Source of the DNA: a virus
Taxonomy: Duplodnaviria > Caudoviricetes
Length of the DNA: 60,531 nt
Direction: 5' to 3' (one strand)
IMG/VR virus record: IMGVR_UViG_3300044457_000011
Span: 1-60,531 of that record
In this document: piece by piece, positions 54,403 to 60,531 of the stretch
Layout: each line of letters starts with the position of its first letter
Position numbering within the stretch: position 1 is the stretch's first letter
The notes under the pieces: model-generated
Databases searched by the model: none
Seen by the model: only the letters and a program-made list of their open reading frames with translations
Told to the model about the DNA's origin: nothing
Translations under genes and position numbers: made by a program

Positions 54403-54481
54403 ATCGGGACTCTCGGGACAATCGCGGCTTATGTCTCGAAACGGGGAATCGGGACTCTCGGGACAATCGCGGCTTATGTCC
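54403..54481 (-). repeat. Two tandem inverted copies (G, H) of the dispersed motif
   Basis: An exact 33-bp repeat ATCGGGACTCTCGGGACAATCGCGGCTTATGTC at 54403 and 54448 matches the reverse complement of the motif. Confidence 0.9.
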
Positions 54482-54499
54482 CGACTTCATAATTCTCTT

Positions 54500-54949
54500 A
54501 TGGCGAAACCGTTCGAGACGAAGCACCAACGCGTCCGCTTCCGGACCGATGGATGGACGCCGCAGGAGATGGCGGAAGCTGCCAATGGCTTTATCAAGAA
54601 CGGGTTGCTTCCACGTCTGGCGGCGGGCTTAACTACCTCGGACATGCCGGCGCCGCCGCTCAAACCGGAGTATGCCAAGCGGAAGGTGCGGAACTTTCGC
54701 GCGAAGCCGATCCGCGATTTGAACCGGACGGGGAGGACCATCGGTTCGATCAAGGTCCTTTCGGCCGGCGCCAATATCGCCAAGATCGGTGCGACCGATG
54801 CGCTGACCAACGCCCGGATTCATATCAACGCACGAATCGTCCGCCAGTTCGGTGTGTCGCCGAACGACCAGAACGTCATCGGGGAGGAGTTCGGGAAGCT
54901 CCCAAGTCCAATCAAGATCGTGAAGACGACCAGCGGTAAGAAGGAGTAA
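54500..54949 (+). CDS. Putative virion morphogenesis/tail completion protein
   Basis: Basic protein with PL.PEYAKRK...RDLNRTG....SI. Confidence 0.6.
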   Translation: MAKPFETKHQRVRFRTDGWTPQEMAEAANGFIKNGLLPRLAAGLTTSDMPAPPLKPEYAKRKVRNFRAKPIRDLNRTGRTIGSIKVLSAGANIAKIGATDALTNARIHINARIVRQFGVSPNDQNVIGEEFGKLPSPIKIVKTTSGKKE

Positions 54950-54953
54950 CTCC

Positions 54954-57900
54954 ATGCCCGAACAAAAAGAAATCATCAGCCTGGAGGCCGTGGACAAGAC
55001 TGGCCCGGCCACTAAGAGCGCGAACAAAAACATCGGGTCGGTGGAGAAGGCTGCGGATGACGCCAGCGAGGCAATCACCGGAACGACCGCGGCCGCTACA
55101 AGAAAGGCGGTGGCGGTCACCGATGCCGGGCTCACGTCGATCAAGCGGCTAGTGGAGAAGGCCGAGCGGGACGCCGAGCGAGTGACCATGACGAAGGTCG
55201 AGCAATTGCAGGCGCACAAAGCCCGGCAACTCGCCTTAGTCAGCCAGGATGACACCAAGTCGTCTAATCGCATCGCGGCCGCCTACGACAAGATAATCAC
55301 CCAGGCCAAGGCAGCCGAAGAGGCGACCCGCAATGCCGCCGCCGCCAGCCAGGTGAGCCAGGTCAAGGCGACCGGGGCCGCCACCGCGATCAACGCCCAA
55401 GCGGCGGCTTACGACAAGGCGGCCGTCGCAGCGCAACGTCTGGCCGTGGCCCAGGATGCCGGCGCCGGTGGCATGGAGCGCTTTCTGCGAACGGCGAAGT
55501 CGTTCCAGAACATCACGTCGTCATTGGGTCAGTCGCTTACGGTCGGTCTAACGTTGCCGATCGGACTCGCCGCCAAGGCGACCATCGGAGTCGCCGAGCG
55601 TCTAGACCAGATCGATAAGTCGATCACGACGATCCTCGGTTCCCAGGCGCTATCTGGCCTCGTGCAGAAGGAGTTGCGGGACGCCAGCGCCGCGCCTGGT
55701 CTGACCTTCGAAGGCGCCGCGCAGGGTTTCCGCCGGATCGTCTCCGCCAGGCGGGACATTAAGCTGGCAACCGAAGCGGTGAAGGAGTTCGGTAACGCAT
55801 TGGCTTTAGCCGGCGGAACAGAAGAGGACCTGCAGGGCGTCAGTTTGGCGCTCACCCAGATTCTTTCCAAGGCCAAAGTATCGGCCGAGGAAGTGAATCA
55901 GCTGGCGGAACGCATCCCAGCAACAAGGCGGATGATCCAGGGGGCGTTCGGAACTTCAGACAGCGAGGCGATCGCCAAGAGGGGCATTACACCGGATGCG
56001 TTCGTTCGCGGGATCGTAGAACAGGCCAAGCTGCTGCCGCGGGCGCCTGAGTCGATGACGAGCCAGTTGAAGAACGTGCGCGAGGACTTCCGGGCGGCCA
56101 TGGGCCTCATTGGAAAGGATGTCGCCGCCGTACTTCTGCCGCTGCTTAAGAGCGCGACGGCCGCGCTCCGTTCGTTTGTCGATGGTTTTGCCCAGTTACC
56201 AACGTCCATTCGCCAGTTCGCCGTGGTGTCGGCGCTCCTGGCCGCGACCCTCGGTCCGTTGCTAGTGACCTTGAGCGGCATTGCCCGGGTGGCCTCAACC
56301 GTGGCGCAGGTAATGGTCGTATTGCAGGCATCCCACGCCCGGGCCACGACGGCCGCGGTGGCGAACACGGCCGCGGTGACGGCCGAGGCGCGGGCCTACG
56401 ACGCATTAGCTGTCTCCGCCGGGCGGGCGTCGGCGGTTCAGGGCGGCGGCACCAGCACAGCGCTTGCTCGAAGCGGCATCGCGTTCACCGGCGGTACGGC
56501 TGAACTAACCACTATGGTCTCCGCCACCCGCACCGCGACGGTTGCTGTCGAGGCCTATTCCGGGTCCGTCGCCGCCGCCACCGCCGCCGGCGCCTATTTC
56601 CTCACCATTCCCTTGGTCGGTTATCTGCAGGGCGTGGGCCGGGCGTTCGGTGATCTCATGCAGTCGACACACTCGGCGATCGTCTTCAACGAGAATCTTG
56701 GCACCACGTTCGATGCGACCGGGAAGCAGGTTGAGAAGTTCGGCGATCGGGTGAATAAGATCAGCGGGACGCAGGAAGGCGGTTTAGTAAAGATCTTGAT
56801 GGCTGCGGCGCGGGAGGCACGCGACCTCGCCACCGCTCTGGCAAAAGATTTGTTCGAACCGCAGCGCGTGGGGATGAAGGCATGGGCGGACCTGATCGGC
56901 CCGACCTTCGATTCGCTATCGGAGCGTTATAACGACTTTGTCGACAGGGTGTCCAAATCGCAATTCGCGAAGGATTGGTTGCTGCCGTTACAGGAACTTA
57001 TCGACGCGGGTAAGCGCCGGCTGACCGTTGAAAAACTGGGCGAGGACGCGATGAAGGCGGCCCAGACGTTGAGCGCCAAGGGCGACCGGGAACAGGCCGA
57101 GCGGGCCGGCGCACTGAAAAAGCGCGGGGAAGAAGACACCAAACGGTTGGAGGAGGACGCCAAGATTGCCGCCCGGCGGGCCGAGTTGACTCGCGACTTG
57201 CGCTTGGAACTCACCAAGTCCACCACCGAAGCCGAACGCGCCGGCAAAGAAATCTCGGAGGTGCAGCGCGTTGCCGCCGATCGCGCCCAGGAGCGGGTGA
57301 ACATGATCGAGCGCGAGGGCGCCGCCGTCGGTCACCTCCAGAAGAAGTTGTTCGACATGGCGACCACCCAGAAGATCCTGGAAGCCGACCGGAAGAATTC
57401 GCAGGCCCGGATGGCCGAGGCCACCAAGTTCCGGGATGCCGCGATGGAGAAGGAGTTGACCGGCCTGGCGAAGATCGCCGAACAGCGCCGGCAGGCCGTG
57501 GCCGCGCTCGGCACGGACCTATCGTCTGCCGACCGGACCAAGGCGATGGGAGTGATTGATGCGGGGACCGCCGCGCTCACCACCAAGTACATGGACCAAC
57601 TGCTCAAAGAGTCGACGGACTTCTTTAACCAGTCGGTCAAGATCGCCGGCGAGGGTTACGACAAGCTCGAGGAGCAGCGTCGGGAGTGGCTCGAAAAGGT
57701 GAAGGCGTCGCCGGATGCGGTCAAGCAGGTGACCTTGGCGATCGCCGCACTGGAGAACAAGCTCACTCGCGACCTCGAGCGCGAGTATGCCGCCCGGGAA
57801 GCGGCGCGTGGGCTACGCGGTTTGGACGCGCAGCGCGACTCCTACTTGCGCCAGCTCGAACTGCAGCACGCCCGGGAGATGGAGATCGAGACCTCGTACG

Positions 57901-59543
57901 GGCACGAGAACATGAACCGCCGGATCCAGTACGAGCAGGACCGCCTGGCGGTGGAGCGCGACTTCGCCGAGCGGCGCATGCAGATGGAAATCGAGGCGAT
58001 CGAGAAGCGGCGGGATCTTGCGATCAAGGAGGCTGTCACCGACAAGCAGAAGGACGACATCCGGCGCAAAGCCGGGGAGGACACCAAGGACACCCGGCAA
58101 CAGACGCAGATCGACATCGACGCCAAGCGCCAGCAGACCGCCATCCGCCTGGAGGAGATCATCCGGGCCGAGAACCAGAAGACGTTCGACGCGTTCAAGC
58201 GCGGTTACGATGACGTATTCGACGCGCTGATCCTCCGGACGAAGTCCTTTAAGGACGTCATGAAGTCCATCATGATCGCCACGTTCGTGACGCCGATCAA
58301 GGAGGCGACGGGGAACATATTCGCGAAGGCGATGACCGATATCTTCGGCGTGAAGCGGGGCGGCGCGGCCAGGATCCAGAGCAAGCTGGAGCTACCGAAC
58401 CGGATAGGGGACATGCAACTCCAGGGCGGCGCTATCCCGGTGGTGATTATGGGTACCTCGCCGCAGGCGGCCAGCCAGATTGCCGCGCCGACATCGACCG
58501 CCCTGTCCCGGTTGGGGAATCTGGGCGGGTTCCTCGGTGGGTTAGGTACGCTCCGGGGCACACCGCCATTTGTCCCTGGCGGCACGGCCACTTCGCAGAC
58601 GATCGATTACGGCGGCGGAAAGATTTCGCTCGGTGGGGTGTCCTACCCGGGCACGCCGCCCATTCAACCGGAAGGCGGCGGCGCCGGTGGCGGCATTACC
58701 GGCGGTTTGACCGGCGCGTGGAAGGGGATGCTTGGGGACATCACGAAGCTCGGCAATATCGGGCAGGGCGCCGGCGGCGCGGCCGCGAAGGGAGTGGGAG
58801 GTTTAGGTGGCGGCTTGATGACGTTGGGCGGCGCCGGGTTAATAGCGGCCGGCATGTATAAGGGCGGGTGGAGTGGCGTTGGCATGACCACGGCCGGCGG
58901 GGCTTTGATCGGGGCCAAGTTCGGCGGACCGATGGGCGCAGCGATCGGCGGTGCAGCCGGTTTCGTGGCGGGCATGATTCGCAAGCAGTTCAAAGGAAAG
59001 GACGAGCAGATTATCGCCAAGGTAAAGAGCATGTACGGCGTCACCCTGGATAAGAAGTTCGCCATGGACCCGATCGGCGCGATCGTGCAGTCCAAGTACG
59101 GCGGGAATCTGGACGTGGGCCTGCGCTCGGCCGAGGTCCGCGACCTGGTGAACCTGTACGGCCGCTCGACCGGCCAGGCATACGGGATTGCTAACAAGGC
59201 CTTTGGGGTGGGGTTGGAGCAGACCGGCGGCGTACTCAGCCAGTACGCGGCCCGCGCCGACGGCTTGAACGTCGCCTACAGCGGCGGTTCGCTCGGTCTA
59301 TCGGGGCCCGTGGACAAGCTGGTGACCTCGACCGTGGGCGACACCAGCGGCATGGCGCAAACCATCAACGTTCAATCGTTGCAGCTGCTTGTGAACGGGC
59401 AATCGGCGGCGGCGGCGCTCTCAGCCGGCGTGGTGGAGAATCCGGCCGCGGTGGCCCAGGCGACCTTGACGGCGAACCGGCGCGGCATCAATCGGCGGGA
59501 GAACGTAAGCGTGCAGCAGACGCCGGGCCTGCTGATGTCATAG
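54954..59543 (+). CDS. Tape measure protein
   Basis: 1529 aa, Ala-rich and helical; ALTQILSK.KV.AEEVNQLAER; Gly-rich hydrophobic C-terminal region; AAGGAG RBS. Confidence 0.93.
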   Translation: MPEQKEIISLEAVDKTGPATKSANKNIGSVEKAADDASEAITGTTAAATRKAVAVTDAGLTSIKRLVEKAERDAERVTMTKVEQLQAHKARQLALVSQDDTKSSNRIAAAYDKIITQAKAAEEATRNAAAASQVSQVKATGAATAINAQAAAYDKAAVAAQRLAVAQDAGAGGMERFLRTAKSFQNITSSLGQSLTVGLTLPIGLAAKATIGVAERLDQIDKSITTILGSQALSGLVQKELRDASAAPGLTFEGAAQGFRRIVSARRDIKLATEAVKEFGNALALAGGTEEDLQGVSLALTQILSKAKVSAEEVNQLAERIPATRRMIQGAFGTSDSEAIAKRGITPDAFVRGIVEQAKLLPRAPESMTSQLKNVREDFRAAMGLIGKDVAAVLLPLLKSATAALRSFVDGFAQLPTSIRQFAVVSALLAATLGPLLVTLSGIARVASTVAQVMVVLQASHARATTAAVANTAAVTAEARAYDALAVSAGRASAVQGGGTSTALARSGIAFTGGTAELTTMVSATRTATVAVEAYSGSVAAATAAGAYFLTIPLVGYLQGVGRAFGDLMQSTHSAIVFNENLGTTFDATGKQVEKFGDRVNKISGTQEGGLVKILMAAAREARDLATALAKDLFEPQRVGMKAWADLIGPTFDSLSERYNDFVDRVSKSQFAKDWLLPLQELIDAGKRRLTVEKLGEDAMKAAQTLSAKGDREQAERAGALKKRGEEDTKRLEEDAKIAARRAELTRDLRLELTKSTTEAERAGKEISEVQRVAADRAQERVNMIEREGAAVGHLQKKLFDMATTQKILEADRKNSQARMAEATKFRDAAMEKELTGLAKIAEQRRQAVAALGTDLSSADRTKAMGVIDAGTAALTTKYMDQLLKESTDFFNQSVKIAGEGYDKLEEQRREWLEKVKASPDAVKQVTLAIAALENKLTRDLEREYAAREAARGLRGLDAQRDSYLRQLELQHAREMEIETSYGHENMNRRIQYEQDRLAVERDFAERRMQMEIEAIEKRRDLAIKEAVTDKQKDDIRRKAGEDTKDTRQQTQIDIDAKRQQTAIRLEEIIRAENQKTFDAFKRGYDDVFDALILRTKSFKDVMKSIMIATFVTPIKEATGNIFAKAMTDIFGVKRGGAARIQSKLELPNRIGDMQLQGGAIPVVIMGTSPQAASQIAAPTSTALSRLGNLGGFLGGLGTLRGTPPFVPGGTATSQTIDYGGGKISLGGVSYPGTPPIQPEGGGAGGGITGGLTGAWKGMLGDITKLGNIGQGAGGAAAKGVGGLGGGLMTLGGAGLIAAGMYKGGWSGVGMTTAGGALIGAKFGGPMGAAIGGAAGFVAGMIRKQFKGKDEQIIAKVKSMYGVTLDKKFAMDPIGAIVQSKYGGNLDVGLRSAEVRDLVNLYGRSTGQAYGIANKAFGVGLEQTGGVLSQYAARADGLNVAYSGGSLGLSGPVDKLVTSTVGDTSGMAQTINVQSLQLLVNGQSAAAALSAGVVENPAAVAQATLTANRRGINRRENVSVQQTPGLLMS

Positions 59544-59552
59544 GAGCGAACG

Positions 59553-59963
59553 ATGGCGATTGGCAATGTGCAGAACGCGGTTCCAACAGGTGTATTCCCC
59601 CACGCATTAGCGCGGCACTTCGTCCGCTCGAGTTCGTGGTTAGGCCGGGCCAATCGCTACGCCGACGGCAGCCAGCAGGGCGTGTCCCTGGTGGCGACGG
59701 CCCGCGAGTTGTGGGAGCTCGAGTACGGGATGCCGGCGGCGCTGGCGACGGTCATGCGGGAGTTCTACGTGGCGCATGGCGGCCCGATGGTGCCCTTCTA
59801 CTTCTACGACCTGGTGGAGACGCAGCCGCGCTATAAGACCGACCCGACCGGCGCGTCCACCTTCGGCCGCTACGTGTGCCGGTTTGATTCGCCGTGGGAC
59901 CAGCAGATGGGCGTCGGTTCGCTCCGCATCGGCGCCGGCATGCGGATCATCCAGATCGCCTGA
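59553..59963 (+). CDS. Distal tail (Dit/gpM-like) protein
   Basis: Follows the tape measure; YADGS.Q...R..W.L...FY..H.G...PFYFYD...CRFD. Confidence 0.7.
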   Translation: MAIGNVQNAVPTGVFPHALARHFVRSSSWLGRANRYADGSQQGVSLVATARELWELEYGMPAALATVMREFYVAHGGPMVPFYFYDLVETQPRYKTDPTGASTFGRYVCRFDSPWDQQMGVGSLRIGAGMRIIQIA

Positions 59964-59966
59964 TTT

Positions 59967-60200
59967 TTACAGTTTCTCGATGTCGCTTCTACGGATCCGC
60001 AATCCGCGCCAGTCGGTAACCTCCGACAACCGGCCATCGCGCAGGAGGGTTCTCAAGGCGCCCACTGGGAGTCCGGAGTATGCAGCGGCCGCAGTCAGGT
60101 CGAGAAGGTCCTCGTTTTCATCCTGGCCTGGTGCGGGTTCCCGCTGATCTCCGTGGATGGGTTCTTTCTTTTTCATCACTGCTGTCAGCATATGGAACAC
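59967..60200 (-). CDS. Excisionase-like HTH_17 protein, paralogue of the C-terminal HTH of the junction gene (start uncertain)
   Basis: LLDLTAAAAYSGLPVGALRTLLRDGRL....WRGLRIRRSDIEKL. Confidence 0.75.
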   Translation of the reverse strand: MFHMLTAVMKKKEPIHGDQREPAPGQDENEDLLDLTAAAAYSGLPVGALRTLLRDGRLSEVTDWRGLRIRRSDIEKL

Positions 60201-60230
60201 CTAATACATTTGGCAATCAACCGCTGATCC

Positions 60231-60264
60231 GGACTTTTGCCGCGAAAGTCCAGACTGTCTCTAA
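60231..60264 (+). repeat. Dispersed 34-bp motif, copy I
   Basis: GGACTTT-TGCCGCG-AAAGTCC-AGACTGTCTCTAA, with perfect 7-bp arms. Confidence 0.9.
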
Positions 60265-60314
60265 CCGGAGTTTGCAATCATGGAGACGCTTCGACATCTC
60301 CTGGCGTCGAGGGA

Positions 60315-60402
60315 GCGGGCCGGCACCCATTGGGTATCTTTTCCCGGCCCGCGCAACAGTCCCGGTGCTTTCCCGCCTACCTATTCCCACCGGGACTGTT
60401 GC
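60315..60402. repeat. Two adjacent inverted repeats
   Basis: GCGGGCCGG/CCGGCCCGC (60315-60352) and a perfect 15-bp GCAACAGTCCCGGTG/CACCGGGACTGTTGC (60353-60402). Confidence 0.8.
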
Positions 60403-60404
60403 TC

Positions 60405-60531
60405 TACAGCGTGTTGAGGTCCGAGCGGCGGATCCGCCAGCCGCGTCCGGTCTTGATGGCGGGCAGCGTACCGTCTCGCAGGAACCCTTTTAGCGTGGCC
60501 ACCGGCAGCCCGGAGTACTCGGCGGCCGCGT
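60405..60531. repeat. Terminal direct repeat, copy 2 (circular-assembly overlap)
   Basis: Identical to bases 1-127. Confidence 0.95.

Noticed and set aside
54403-54481. Mini CRISPR array
   Set aside because: Only two repeats with a 12-bp gap, no cas genes, and the unit is the dispersed motif.
60405-60531. 127-bp end repeat as a biological terminal repeat or att site
   Set aside because: Its length matches a common assembly k-mer, it lies inside a gene, and a GpA-type terminase implies cos ends.
1-60531. Host assignment (impression of a high-GC soil bacterium such as Acidobacteriota)
   Set aside because: Only an impression; it needs homology or spacer matching that I cannot run.

Overview
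The window looks like a complete, circularly assembled, high-GC lambdoid siphovirus genome of 60,404 bp; bases 1-127 equal 60405-60531 (assembly overlap). Head module (32.3-40.5 kb): Nu1-like terminase small subunit, GpA terminase, gpW, portal, S49 protease with a nested scaffold, decoration protein and gpE-type capsid. An 8-gene carbohydrate-modification block follows the capsid gene directly: a Maf/DUF115-like transferase, four GT2s, an all-helical QW-motif protein, a SAM methyltransferase and a deacetylase-like protein. A fifth GT2 sits just before the neck genes. Tail module (51.5 kb across the junction to 11.9 kb): tube, G/GT chaperones with a clear -1 frameshift signal, tape measure, Dit-like protein, a fused tail-tip protein and a 2,396-aa beta-helix/repeat fibre. 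The 13-32 kb region holds accessory and replication genes: a DnaC-like ATPase, ASCH, a Cre-like tyrosine recombinase, an HTH initiator with palindromic iterons, a BRCT protein, MerR-like HTH, RusA-like protein, ParB, a ParB-methyltransferase fusion and DUF5131; HicAB lies at 47.7 kb. The best leads are (1) a 34-bp structured motif present nine times at gene boundaries, six of them dividing the accessory region next to the recombinase, (2) the putative virion-glycosylation block, and (3) a lambda-like cos candidate about 20 kb from the terminase genes. I recognised no endolysin, cI-type repressor, ParA, tRNA or CRISPR. All calls come from reading motifs by eye; no database search was run.
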